From the NCBI GenBank assembly GCA_002633005.1, contig NMRA01000144.1, forward strand, positions 248,001 to 312,000: a stretch of DNA of 64,000 nt, given 5' to 3'. The position numbers and the translations under genes are program-made. The notes under the pieces are model-generated. The model was not told where the DNA came from. It saw nothing but the letters and a program-made list of their open reading frames with translations, and did no database searches. This document shows positions 1-13,233 of the stretch, one piece after another; position 1 is the stretch's first letter, and the number at the start of each line of letters is the position of its first letter. The DNA is from Phoronis australis. Lineage: Eukaryota; Animalia; Phoronida.

Positions 1-1634
1 TAGTATTCATCAAAAGTCGCAATGATAGGTTTTGCAGGATATATTAGGTGTTTTGTTTATTCATATGTAAAGCGGTCTAACGTTGACTAGTGCAGTTCAG
101 TCGCTTTCTGACAAGGTTTTATTACAATAATTAGTTTTTTTATTTCTACACAAAATTCCTTGGGAAACCTACATCATAGATTGCATGTTTTATGGTTATC
201 GACTCATGGAAAGAAATTGTGTTTCATAAATTAATAAGACAATGGTTGATAAGTCAGATAAAAATTAATTCCGTCGAGGTCGATACGCACTCGATTGATT
301 CAACGCGTGTAGGATAAAACGCAATATGAACACAGTACAAGATGCATATTACTGCAGTACCATCGCGAAGGTGTCGGAGCCGACACAGATACACTGACAT
401 GCAGGCTGGCGCAAGCGGTGAAAGCGATCGTTCATGGTCCGTTTCAAACTGCCAAGTCTGCCAAAGAAAATGAATATGTTTATTTTTCTCGGTTCATTGT
501 GGCCTCGATCTCGTTGGATGACTACGATTTGTGCAAGATGTTAACACGTTCTTCGGCCGTATGTGGCGAAGCGGTGTTACGAAAGTGTGAGAGGGTCACT
601 GGTTTATTCACGGCTAGGAGGGTCCACACAATGAGCGACCGTAATGAAACGTGTTAGTCTTTTGCAGTGGGATCAGCAGCTACTCCGCGACCTTTCGAGA
701 TTTCACCGCCAAAGGACGCGTTACTACCGCATTTGCATACCGCGTTCTCAGGCTTTTTGAGGTCACCTCAAGATGGTTCCCGGCGGATTGTCGAATAACG
801 GTTCCAGTTTACACTGAAAATGCTCCTGCAATGGTTGGAGGAATTTTAGATTTGGTGGTGATGTCATCACGCTGATGAGCACGAGCTGCGCTAGAGATTT
901 ACCGTTAGTGCCAAAACAAAAAGGGTTCAATGTTCAGACGTTATTGATCGCATGCTATTTTTCAGCCACTGCCTTTGGGCGTTGGTCTCAGGATAAATCG
1001 CCCATTTGTCCTGCAGCCGATTACACAGGCGTCGCATTCGCGTAATTATGTTGGACTGGACAGTCTAGAACTGTCGCAGTACTTCCTTTGCATGTAACCG
1101 TACGGTCTTATGCGTCACGGTTGTCGTTGCAAATGTTATAACAATCACACATATGGATACAAGCTTACACAGAAAAAGACGGTATGTATTGGAATGAAAA
1201 AAATTTCATACGTTGCGATATCCACGGACGTAATATTGAAACATGTAACTGAGGTACACAGAGGCTTTATTGTGTCGGCTGACAAATACTGTACAAAATA
1301 GGGCTAAGGTCAAATATCACCTCAAAATGACAACAACTGAGTGTGGCTCACTATTGATAAGCTTAGGGTGGAATAGAAAAGTAGCAGTAATCAAACCAAG
1401 TGCTAGTCCTGAAATATGGAGACATAGCACCAACATGTAGAAACACCTGTTCTATTCTTTTTAAAAAACATCCCTACAACACTCACAAGACGATGCTTTC
1501 AATAATCAATCAAAACAGCGTGTGTACATTTAAAAAAGCCTAAGATCGGAACCAAGGGGTAGAACTACAGTGATACGTTAACTAAATTATAATTAAATAC
1601 TTATTTATGCTAAACGCATATTATTAACAGTAAC

Positions 1635-1840
1635 TCAAACAGTGTAGTCTCCAGGTTTAAAGAGGTGATACTTGGAGGGCGTCCATCCTGGAACACTGTT
1701 ATTGAATGATCGGAAATTTCGTGGTCTAGAACTCTCTACCAGATGTCGCCTCTGTGGGCTCTGTAGACCCAGTTGCACCCTCGGAGGTGTCAGGCTGTCG
1801 TCCACTGGAACTTTCAGTAGCTCGGCGACTTCGACGTGAC
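1635..1840 (-). CDS. Ankyrin-repeat protein, terminal coding exon 5 (GHVEVAELLKVPVDDSLTPPRVQLGLQSPQRR...KPGDYTV*)
   Basis: Acceptor atgtatgtag|GT at 1841/1840, phase 1, completes the repeat SAINAG|HVEVAELL. TGA at 1635-1637. Total CDS 69+99+169+162+206 = 705 nt = 234 aa plus stop. Confidence 0.82.
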
Positions 1841-4542
1841 CTACATACATAGCGTAAGATGCACACCATCAACCTCTCAAGATACATCAGTATACATGTT
1901 CACATAGATTTGCATGAGCATAGGCGTGGCAAAGTTGGCTTTAGAGGGATGGGGTGACGAAACAAATGTGAGCACACTCCCCTCCCACCATGCGTCGACT
2001 CCACCCAGTTCCGCTCCGAGTCGACACCCGTTTTAAAATGTATCTCCACCCGCAACCCCGGTAGACATCAGTAAGTCTCTCACTCACTTAAATTACGACT
2101 TGCTCCCACCTTCATCTCGCCCGTATGGAAGTAATGTTGTTAGGGAGCACAGACAAATTCTATGTCGCCCACCTGGCCCTAAAGTCAGATTCTTCCTGAT
2201 CGTCACCACTTCAGCCCCTTGGAGGCAGACACCAGAAACTCAAACAAGGGTCTCTTTTTTGTCCTGATGACGTTACGCGGTTAAAATGACATAGAACGTG
2301 AAATACAGACTAAATTGCATTATTCAAAGTGGTTACCTTCCACTGAAACAGATGACAAACTGTTCACCAGGTATTTTTATGCTTTGATCATAAAGATTTT
2401 AAATTTCTGTTGACGTCAAAGCATTCTTTTAGTTTTAAATTTGGAAAAAAAAAACGATCCACTCTTCATTTCATCGATTCTTTCACTTCGGCAGAGCATG
2501 TCTCCTTATTACATATGACAAGATCTAGACGTAACGCATTTCCCTTATATGTAAACAAAACAATGGTGATATCACGCAGTAGCAGAGACCGGAGAGAGGG
2601 AGACAAGTCTCCTGGCGAAATGTCATTCGACGGGCCAGTGGCGGACGTTGTTGTTTCATTGACCTTAGCGACACCTAGCGGGTGTGTGCTCCGAACAAAG
2701 CAATATGGTTGAGACTCAGTCATGATCATCGAGTCGGAGACAAAACATTTTATCTGATCGTGTACTTTGTATAGACTTCCCATAGATAATCTGAGGACGG
2801 TGCTGCGTCAAATAACTGCAGGGATTTTCAAAACAAGATATGGCGGCTCTAGTCCGTAAAAAGCAACGGATCTTTTTGCACTGCTTATGGCTACAGCAAG
2901 TCAGTTGAAAAATCGTGACTTTCACTTCTTTCGCTTCCCCACTGATAAAGATAAGTGAGAAATACGATTGAATCTGCTGCCAGTCAATCTGCGATATTGG
3001 CAGAGTGATTTGAACTTGTCTTACCTTTACATTTATGTTCAAGGTTTTGTTCGATCACTCATAGCAAAATTATCGTACATGTACATGGTTTTCATGATGG
3101 TCCTACTGGTTAGTTGACTTAAAGTATATTGATGCTTCTGTGGTGGGATATAAACTTGTGACGGGTACTTAATAATGATTACATTGTTACTTAGTCGATA
3201 CATATTCAATGAAATGTTAGTAACTGATAAAAGTAAATCATCAGTTTTTGTGGGAAACTTGCCTCTTGGAAACATTGTTGTATTCTACAAATATGATCAG
3301 ACACCTCCTGTACGACTAGAAACGAATGCGATTTCAAGTACTTAGTGACAGGCAGGATCAATCAAGACTGCATTGAGAATCCCGGGGCCATCGGTTCAGT
3401 TCGTCAGCTGGGGAGTTCCAGTATGTCTACAGCTACAGAACTCTGTCCACAAACATGCAGATGGCACAAGTGAATGGGTCGAATTGTGTTCATGATGGTG
3501 ATCATCTCTACTTGTTTGCATGAACTCAGCTTCAAAACAATGACAGCCACCAGTTCGAGTGAAGGTAGTGAATTTGGGGACCATTTCACAGGGGCGGCGC
3601 AATTTCGTACTGAATTGCACCCGATCAGCCTATATCTTTGTTTTGACTATGGACTTTCCTGGATGGATAAAGACTTACAAGACGTTGTATTTTTCCTTTT
3701 CTTCATGGACGCTTTGTGAACCATGAAAACTAAGGCAAACCAGCAAAATTCACGTTCGGCAGAGATTTTGTAAATGATTTTTAAAAATACCAAGGGAGAG
3801 AAAATAATGAAAAATTTGTCACTGTGGTTTGCACTCTAAAATATCGCACGTGCACTTTATACCAGACAAATCGCCACCCTTACAAACCATCTCGTGTTAG
3901 TTCAAAAGAATCGCAACATGAAACCGACCCTGTCGAAACAAAATGGTCAGACTGTGTACGAAAACAGACCAATGGGAAAACGTCAAAGGTAACCGACTAT
4001 GTTGCCAGTCAACCGTATTTTCGGAGAGAAGGCGGGCATATTTTCCGAAACAGTCAAACATTTTACGTGTTTTTTAAACATATTAGTGAATTTTTAAAGA
4101 AACACCTTCTTTTTAATGAATGTAATTGTATCTCACTGGTTAGAATTTTTATTCTTCCATACTTATTTCTCATTAGGCAAACACAGTTTGAATTGTCCTT
4201 CATAATCTTAGTTACCAGCAAAATCAACAAATATCTCGATAAATGATAATCATTTGAGTGAAATCGTGGGACCCAAAATATGTCTCGCCAAAATAAATCT
4301 TTACTTCAAAACACATAACATACGGATGATAAAACGAGTCCGTCCGATTTTCAAGACATGCCAACCGTACCGAAAACACGCACATGGTTGTACTTTTTTG
4401 ATTTTTTCCGAAAATACGCCAATGGACGTGCTTGCTTTGGGGTTATTCTATATTTTCGGAAATTCCTGATTGTTGACATTTAACGTGTACAGTTGGTGAC
4501 GTCAAACTATTCGTGACGTATTCACTGTACAAATTCCGTAAA

Positions 4543-6749
4543 ATGAACCCGGGAATGGCTCACAGTGTCATTCGAAACTTTATAAAAGTTACAATATTAC
4601 GGTTTATCCATTTTATTTTGCGAATTATGCTGAGAACGGCCGAGAAAGTTTACTCTGTCACGAGGAAATTGCAGGGCATTGTGTCTTTTGGCAACAAAGA
4701 CGTCTCTGGAACCACGGCAGTGAATGACCAGTGGTCAGGAGACACATCTGACGCGTCCAAAACTGTTGACAAAGCAGAAGCTGACACTAAATTAATGGAA
4801 TCTTATGTCAGGTGTGTAAGAGATTTGTGTTGTCTTCTTGTGATAGCATCACGCCGCCAAAAGGCAAACACTGTCCGCAAATCAACGGACCTTGATGGGC
4901 ATGTCACCCAGAAGTCGGGAACTCTACAATCATCTACAAAGAAGACGCAGAATGTGAAAGAAACATTCGGAGGAAGTGTCCCGCGATTTCACAGAGAACG
5001 ACGAGAAGGTGAAACAGACTGTCCATAAAATACGGATCCAACAAATGAACAGAAAGGTCCTACTGATGACCCTGGAGTTGAAGGGAGAGTCATGCAATTG
5101 AACGGTAGAAACAAACCCGGCGACGTCGAAGACGTTCAACAAGAAGTCATTCAGCCGTCAAGTACCACTGGGTTTGCTGATGAGGCTTATAGTGAGGAAA
5201 AAGTCCTGAAATACGAAAGCAAACCCGTTCAAAATGACCACTTAAAAGACGCCACACTGTCTGATTTTACTAAGACAACTGAGTCTACAGTTTTGGAGGA
5301 AGTGTGCCCCATTTCTACAACGAAAGATGAAATGTGGAAGACTAATGGCCATCAAAAGACGTACCTCCCAAATTCAACAAAAGCGCCAATTGGTAACCCT
5401 GATGGTAGAGGGGGAGAAATTACGAAATTGGATGACAGAAACAAACAGACTGACGTTGACAATGTTCGAAAAGAAGTCATGCAACCGTCAGATAACGCTT
5501 GTTTTCCTGATGGTATGAAGAAAGTCTTGAAATCTAAAAGTAAAAGCGTTGAAGGTCACCACTTTGAAGACGCCACCAAGTCGACCAAGCCTAGAGTTTC
5601 TGAGGAAGTTAACTACATCTCCACTGACACAGATGAATTGCTGAAGAAGAATGTCCATGGAAAGACTGAGCTGCCACAGTTAGTGGCAAGTCAAATCCCT
5701 ATTATTACACCCAAGGAAGAACTTTGCATCGAAATACGAAATATTGAGGAAGTTCCTGCGGACGCCGAGGATTGTGATATCCATGGTTTGCTTTATGGTG
5801 CAACTTTTTTTTCTCTATTGAACTAGCTGCTTCAGAAATCATCCGCCGTAGCTCTACATGTACATGTATGATTGATACCGGAGAGAAAGAAGCCGGTAAA
5901 CTGGAAGGCATAAACAAGCCAGGCTACGTTGAAGATGTTCGACAGGAAGTCGTACACTCGTCAAGTATTGTTGATTTCGCTGGCAATGATGACAGTAATG
6001 AGAAAGTCCTGAAATCTAAAAGTATATCCATTGGAAGTTGGCACTTGGACGACATCACAATGATAGATTTCAGTGATTTGACCGAGCCTACAATTTCCTC
6101 TGCGATTGGGGAACCTTTTACACAGGACACACCACGTTCCACATCTGAGACTCTGTGCAGCAAATCAGGCAGCGTCGAAGGTATAATCCCAGAAGATGCA
6201 AATTTGCACAGCTTCGCTAAGTTGCCCCAAGATGCCATTTCTTCTCATACTGTAAATCTTTTAGCGTACACGTTAATAGATGAAACTGTTGAGAAGGAAA
6301 AAATAAAATTTCAGAGCAGTGGTCTGCCCAGCAAGCGTGAAGACATGCCACTGGCACTGGACGATGTTAAACCTTGTGGCCTCACAGTCACATTTTGTTT
6401 GAGACGTTGTATTTTCCAACGAATATTGATATCTCCGTAATCAGTAAGGATGAAATTAATACCACATTAATACCACAAGATGTTTGTGGATGTGCCTCTC
6501 CATGCCGTTTCTTCTGATTCAGAGGACACCCACAGAATTATCGGTGATTTTACGGATATTAAATCAAATATTGTAAAACGCGAAGGACTTTTCAAGCGTT
6601 TGAAATCACGATTCAGACGGAATCGTCACGTGGTCAAGGTCTGTGCTACTTCCTCTTTGCAGGCGCAAAGTTTCGCCTCACGATGGCGGCATTTGATGTG
6701 TTGTAATGCTTGTGAAGACGAGAACACCTATGCCAGATTACACGACTGA
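4543..6749 (+). pseudogene. Frameshifted intronless coding locus for an acidic/Ser-Thr-rich protein with an internal ~100-aa repeat, antisense within the ankyrin gene's last intron
   Basis: Four consecutive ORFs (4513-5028, 5092-5826, 5868-6440, 6480-6749) share the motif NK(P/Q)xxVxxVxxEVxxxS...KVLKxxSxx...H(L/F)xD three times. Breaks lie near 4966, 5029 (A-run), ~5810 (T-run) and 6440-6470 (11-bp duplication ATTAATACCAC). Confidence 0.6.
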
Positions 6750-9700
6750 CGGACAGAAGTATAAGTTCAATCAATCTTGAGCCCCTTTTTTAACACTTTT
6801 AACGTTTTTTATCATAAATTACGCTGTACATCGTTGTACGTTTCGGAACCATAAAGTCTCTGCTGTGCACACATATTGAATGTAAATAGCACGAGGACAG
6901 GCAAAATAAATGAAAGTGCAGCTGCAAAGTTTATTTTAAGTGTGCTTAAGCTGAAAGTACGCTGAGTACTCTGTAACGGATACACTTTCAGTGTAATGAG
7001 ACACTTGTCTTCTCTTTTGCCGCCTATCAAGACTGACACCACAAGACAGGTTACACAGCCATCTAGACGCTGCTTGTCCAGATGAAAACTGACCAGTAGG
7101 GATATTGTTCGAGGTTTCGATTCAATAAAAAGACTGCCAAAATTGTTCGTTGTTAGAAGCATGCATAACGCAATCTCGTCATTATATTGCGTAGTAGCCA
7201 GCACACTAACTCGGGGCGGCTGGAATATCCAATCACGTCAAAATTTAGAAATTTCGATTAAAGCACATTCATTAAAGACCCGGATTTAACTATCGTGTTT
7301 ACTTATTGTCCACACAGCATTTGCCGAGAATAATCTTTTCAAATCGTCGATAATAGTGAGCCCAGTTTCATTCCCAAAGTCCCTAATACATGGGCAGCGC
7401 ACCATAGGAGGCTGGGGGGCTAAAGCCCCCCNTTTGAAGACAGGTGTAAACAAAGGTTGGAAAACTGACCAAAAAGTCCGTTGTTGAGGAGAAAGAACGA
7501 ATGATTCACTTTAAGGCGTACAGTTATACATGTGATGCATGTCACCGACTCCAGCCATTTTCAGCTTACAACACACTAAAGAAACCCCAAGTCCAACGTA
7601 GTTGAGTTCTCTACTAACCTATCTTGCCGCAGAATACTCGCCGATGGAAAGTGGTGGCGACAATTGTTGAAAAACAGCACAAAACAAAAGTAGAATAGAA
7701 CAGATTCGCACGGTAAAGTCAACGCAAAACCAAGTGGCGGGAAACGCTTGCCTCCTAAAACGTCACTTCCGGAGTAGCAGACGAGTAATTTATAAAATTA
7801 CGAAAAGCTGTAATTAAGTGGAAAATATGTCTAGGATAATCAACCGACCTTATTTTAGCTCAAAATGACATGGAAAAAGGTTGCCTTCGCCTTTAAAACA
7901 TCAAATCATGAGGCTTCCGTATGTTGTTTATTTTGAAACTGACTTTGCCCGCCGATGTAGGCCTGTTAACTAACGTCTGATAGTTAACATAATAAAATGT
8001 GACTTTTCTTGTTTCATGAGATCTGGATGATATCAGAAAATAATTTTTCTAAGATGGACTGCGTATTCAATCGGCATCTCTACTCGGTTGTTCTTCGATT
8101 AGGCTGTTTTTATGGAGGCAAAAGATATAGGTTCTACTGGACTGTAAGCACGAATTCCATACGTCGACGATTACCAACCGCCAACCCAGTTGCTCCCAGT
8201 TTTACCGACCACACCTAGACCCCAATCGCTACCCATATCAGAACCCACCAGGCACGGATACAGGGGTCCAGACCCCTGCCTCGTGAATGTAGGTAAATTG
8301 TGAATTTTCGATACAGGGATCTTGACCCCAAAATTTTGCTAAGTCTGTATATGCCCACCCTCCAATCGCTAAAAATCCACTCAGTCAGTACTGATAAGTC
8401 ACCCATCCCCGTCTAGCCTTGCTTATGATGTATTTTTGAATTTAATTTCATTTACTTGATTTTCTGCCTTCCTGTGTATATTTTCAATAAACTGCTCATA
8501 GTTTATATTCTCAATATTGTAAACAATACACTTCACAATTTTGAATTTGGCAAAACAAAACGGGACATGGTAGTCGATTTTTAGCGTACTTCCGTACTTC
8601 CTCCGAGCTCACACTCGCTAGGTGTCGCTACGATCCATGACAATAATGGTGGTGGCCAATGAGATTAGTCTTGTTATCGTCTTAGCAGTGGCCAGTCCAG
8701 CTTCTACGAGCTCATGCGCGTATATAAATTATCATGAGGCGGAGAATTTGAAAACTGTATTGGGATCAGAATTTATATTTCGCCTGTGTTTCAAAAATAG
8801 TGAATCTGGCGACTTTTTTTTTAAATTTTTGTAATATTCAAAGTGAACAACTTTCATGTTAGCATCAGAAAGAAGTAGATTCGCCACGGTATGTTTAAAT
8901 AATTTTTGCGAGTTTTCACGTTCCATGACTTCCAACAGACGTCAAAAGCGATCTTGCAGAAACATTTTGGCTATGGGAGCGTTGCCCACCATTTACATGT
9001 ACAACATCACTAGAGCAAACTCCAAAATATTACCCACACTGCTCTGCGTGAATGGTGGCTCCACCCTAGCGAATAAATTACGAACTAGTATCAACAATAG
9101 GTTACATAATCGGATGAAAGGCTGTATCATTTAGAAGTACTGCAAAAGAGTGAAGACAGTTCACTTCATCATTGGGTCACCCTCCATCCATCACCTGATC
9201 ACCTTCCTTACATAAAAAGTTGTACGATTTCACGAAAACAGTAAATAGTTGCTACTGATTCCATTATTGTGACACCATGCGCAAGTCGGCCATAAGGAAA
9301 AAAGATATCTACTGCTAAACAGCTGGGAAACAAGAGAGACAGATGACTCCATTACCCGTTGCCAGAGATTGTTGCCTGGAAAAACGGTACAGATTCCATT
9401 TGCACTCCCCAAGATTGTCACCTGAATCAATTTGCTCGAGAAAACATTTGCAAGACAAATTTTCTCGGACTTTTTCGAAGTATGCATGAAGTCAAGTGCG
9501 TTTTCAAGTGAGCACAGACGAAACATGGTGCAAGTTAAAAAATGGTTGCCCTCACAAAACTGTCCTAGCCAGGGCTCACAAAAGGTAAACCCAGCACTGC
9601 TAGTTGATTGAGGTTCTCTAAAACTTTCTCTCTTATTTTTCGTTTACTGTTCCTGCTCACAGTCCTACGTCGGTTGCCACGAAGGTTTCACTCTCACACC

Positions 9701-10406
9701 TGCAAACTATTGGGATGCACGTGCTGTACCATTCCTTGCAGCCTGTCACCCGCCCCTATTCCTACGCCTATGACGAGAGTTGAAGATAACATGTCACAAC
9801 AATCATTTTCTTCAACACACAACACAAGTGGTCTTGAGCTACTTCATTCAAACTTGTCTAAGGATGTCGTCTAAAGCACATGTCGGAGATGCTTTTACCG
9901 CACGTGATTTTATCTAAGACGCTACTTAGATTAACGACTGGCGACTGTACACTAAACAGAGGCAGTGTGTGCTGACTACGTGAAACTATACTTACGTTTG
10001 CCTAAATCAAAATGTTCAGCGGGAAAATTATGCCGAATACACGGTAGCACACGGGTCCTTACGGAAATAAATATCAAATTGCTATCGGTGGTAGTCAAAT
10101 ACTAGTATTACATCTCCTTTCAATACATGTAGGTGTACTGTGCTGCAGTGGCCTACGGAGAGTTACAACTCGATTTTCAGGGAAACTTCACTCTCTAGCC
10201 AATAACGGATTAAACGGGTGCCATTGCTTGTGACAGGCAGAACGCGAAAATGCACGTGCAATCCAGTTATATACTACAATCGCAACCAACGTCACAATAA
10301 CCGCTTAACGTCACAAACAATAAAACAAAAAGAAAATGTTTTCAAGCACATTACATTCGAAAATTAGTTTAATCAGACTTCGTACACGAAGGCATTATTC
10401 GCGACT

Positions 10407-11660
10407 ATGACAAACCAACAACCGCCTAGTTTCCCATCGATATGGTCTCCGATGAGAAAATCGAAAACAGACAGTTTTACTGACAGTGTCCTAACCGAAA
10501 ACAGAAAATCAAAGAAATACAGAATCGACAAAATGTTTCTTCCAGAAAGGCCTGGTAGCTCACACAGTGTTTTGGACAATGGTATGGTGAAGACACTATC
10601 GCCATTTCCTAGTCTTGACCGCGTTCGACGATGTTCAAGTGACAGACACTTGCACGAACAAGGTAAGTCGTATAAAACAGAGAAGCGTCCTTCGACCGGG
10701 ATTGTAACACTCCCAATGCAGTCTATATCTCTTAGCAACAACGCTAACTCCGAATCAGCAAAAACGTCTGTAAATCGACGTCGTACCGAAAACAATCGGG
10801 TACCAAAATCCAACAGTTCACCATATGCGATACCACACACGAAGTTGATGAGGGAGAGCTCTGATGAACGGTTAACTCCCACCGTGATGTCATTTACAAA
10901 CCTCTTCTCTCGCACAGAGCAAAGGCGACAGAGTATTCAAAATTTACAAAAAAATCGATATATTTACAATAAAGTATTGGCTCTATCGAGTTTTATGCCA
11001 CAAACGGACGATTTACTTCAGTATTGTAACAACGAGATGACTTCTATGACTGAAACTTCAAGGAAAGATTTTGACGTCGCAGTTGGAAAAACGAAAGCAA
11101 AACAGAAAACGAAACCAAGGCATGATGAAAAAAACATAAGTCCTCAAGAGAGCATAAGATGTTTGAAAAAGCAGGCAGAGAATCTTTTGATGAGACCTGA
11201 GCCAAAGGCTTCAGATAAACAGAAAAAGGAAAAACAAAGAAGCAAGCATTATGAAGTTAATGAAAAGAAAAATGATCACGCCATGAACAAGAAATTCTTC
11301 CATGATCTTTCCTCTAAGCAACCTGCCAAGAACAAATCAATAACAAACGAGCCTCCAAAGAAGCTTTTGTCCACATCTTCCACTGAAGACAAACAGCAAA
11401 GGACGACGAATGTGTTTTCCGGCCACGTTCTTACAATTCCGTCTACCACGTCGGGTAATATCTCTTACCAAGGATGCCGCGACTGGCTCTACTTCAAGAC
11501 TAAGGGTAGATGGAGGCGGCTTCCGCGCCGCCAAGACTTACAGGCAGAAGCCAGAGACTTGATCATGACCGACAAGGGCTACAAATACGCGCATAAACGC
11601 GTTAGAGAACTAATTCAAGAAGCCGTGATGTTCAACTCGGCAGTACTGCAAAGAAAGTAG
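10407..11660 (+). CDS. 417-aa basic Ser/Lys/Arg-rich hypothetical protein, antisense within the ankyrin gene's last intron
   Basis: Uninterrupted 1254-nt ORF in AT-rich DNA. Mostly low-complexity, with an ordered-looking C-terminal ~65 aa (YQGCRDWLYFKTKGRWRRLP...). An in-frame acceptor-like tttaatcag ends at 10376, so it may be a terminal exon. Confidence 0.65.
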   Translation: MTNQQPPSFPSIWSPMRKSKTDSFTDSVLTENRKSKKYRIDKMFLPERPGSSHSVLDNGMVKTLSPFPSLDRVRRCSSDRHLHEQGKSYKTEKRPSTGIVTLPMQSISLSNNANSESAKTSVNRRRTENNRVPKSNSSPYAIPHTKLMRESSDERLTPTVMSFTNLFSRTEQRRQSIQNLQKNRYIYNKVLALSSFMPQTDDLLQYCNNEMTSMTETSRKDFDVAVGKTKAKQKTKPRHDEKNISPQESIRCLKKQAENLLMRPEPKASDKQKKEKQRSKHYEVNEKKNDHAMNKKFFHDLSSKQPAKNKSITNEPPKKLLSTSSTEDKQQRTTNVFSGHVLTIPSTTSGNISYQGCRDWLYFKTKGRWRRLPRRQDLQAEARDLIMTDKGYKYAHKRVRELIQEAVMFNSAVLQRK

Positions 11661-12243
11661 TTATGTGAAAAATATAGGGGGACAGATTACGGTATGCACC
11701 ACGTGCTGAGTACAATAGTAAGCATGTAACCTTTGACACTCTTATTCAAAGTCACGAAAACGAAACTATAATAGAAATCCAGCAAGTCTCGATATCTTCG
11801 ACGTTTACTCAAATTTGGTGAAAGAAGTGAAGCAGACTAAAGTCAAAGTTTCATAGAAACTGGTTCAAAGCAGTAACGTATGATCACAGTATCAAACAAC
11901 TTTAATGTACATTTTAAGTCGGCGTTCACTCGACTTAAGGGTTGCAATTACCATCGAACAAGGCGAATTTTATAGTCTATGCAAACACTTCTATAATCCC
12001 TGATGTTGTATAACAGTGTCAGTGACTCTTCAACTTATTTCAGAAATTACTAAAGTAAAACGCAAATAGTGTGTTTAGTAATAAAACTCAGAGAACACCA
12101 TACAATTGGACAGAGCAAATCGCTTTGATTCACAAACGTCTACTACAATGCTACGCTAAATTGTGATCTGTGCCCCTCTTGAATAAACTATAGTGCAAGC
12201 CTTCGGTTCCTTCATCATCAAAGCTGTAGTGGTCGACCCTTAC

Positions 12244-12405
12244 CTGCATTGATTGCGCTGTCGATCGGATAAACCTTCAGATTGTTAGCCAGATCGGTCC
12301 TTGCTCCTTTGGCCAACAGCCAATTGACTAAACCAATGTCTCCTTTGCTGGCAGCTCGGTGCAGGCACGTAAACCCACTAGCGTTCTGGTGGTTCACGTC
12401 GCATC
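12244..12405 (-). CDS. Ankyrin-repeat protein, coding exon 4 (GCDVNHQNASGFTCLHRAASKGDIGLVNWLLAKGARTDLANNLKVYPIDSAINA)
   Basis: Acceptor ttttgtttcag|GA and donor CAG|GTAAG; 162 nt, phase 1/1. Textbook ankyrin repeat (GFTCLHRAASKG..LVNWLLAKGA). Confidence 0.93.
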
Positions 12406-13233
12406 CTGAAACAAAACCAGTATCCAATTAAGGGCACCACGTGATTAGAATATATGACTAAAATGAATAACGACATATAAGCTACAGGATGTTACGCGAA
12501 TCAAATCGTGTCATCCAATTAATATGGATGCTGGCGTGTCGGCAACCATTGTGTTTAAGTGTGAAATAGATGTCTTCTGAAAACGCGTATGGTTATTTGA
12601 TGAACATTCCAGCACTTGCGGAATCAAGGTACACAGACGGCACTAATCCCATCATGCAATACAAGTAAAAAGCGTTCAGTTTACGTGATTGTTTCCCTGT
12701 TGGGCTGAACATTGTCTACTGAAAGTAACATGATGAATTACTCGAAGTTGTGTGGGGCCTGTTCGGCAAATCTTTGCATTTAGTCAAATATCTACGAAAC
12801 TAAACAAATTACGACTGTAAAACTACACATTTTCTCAAAGCAGAAAGGTTGTTGACTTTGATCTTTATCTTCATACCAATTTACTTTGTTTCATTAATTA
12901 GGTCACGTGACCATATATATTTAGTAAACTTTAGCGCAAAAGATGGTACTGCCATAGCAAAACAACGGTATCAATAACATGACCAAATTTTCTTTGACAA
13001 TAATGTTCACGACGAAATCTCAAAAACACTGTTACAGTTTTCCATACTATCATGTCGTTATCGCGTTATGCAACTTTTGCTTTTTCATAACAATACATTA
13101 AAGTCCTATATTTGATATGTTTAAGTAGATTAACAATTCAAAAACCATTCCTAACCGCGTTTTCGAGAACAGTGCATATATGTAGCCCATATTACGTGAA
13201 ATTTTTATCTAAATCCGATCTGGTTTGTGTAAT

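Noticed and set aside
418-1301. Short ORFs in a CpG-richer patch
   Set aside because: No recognisable domain or splice structure; probably 3'UTR or intergenic sequence downstream of the ankyrin gene.
10373-10915. 180-aa minus-strand ORF
   Set aside because: It is the antisense shadow of the 417-aa ORF, has no motif, and is not needed for the ankyrin splice model.
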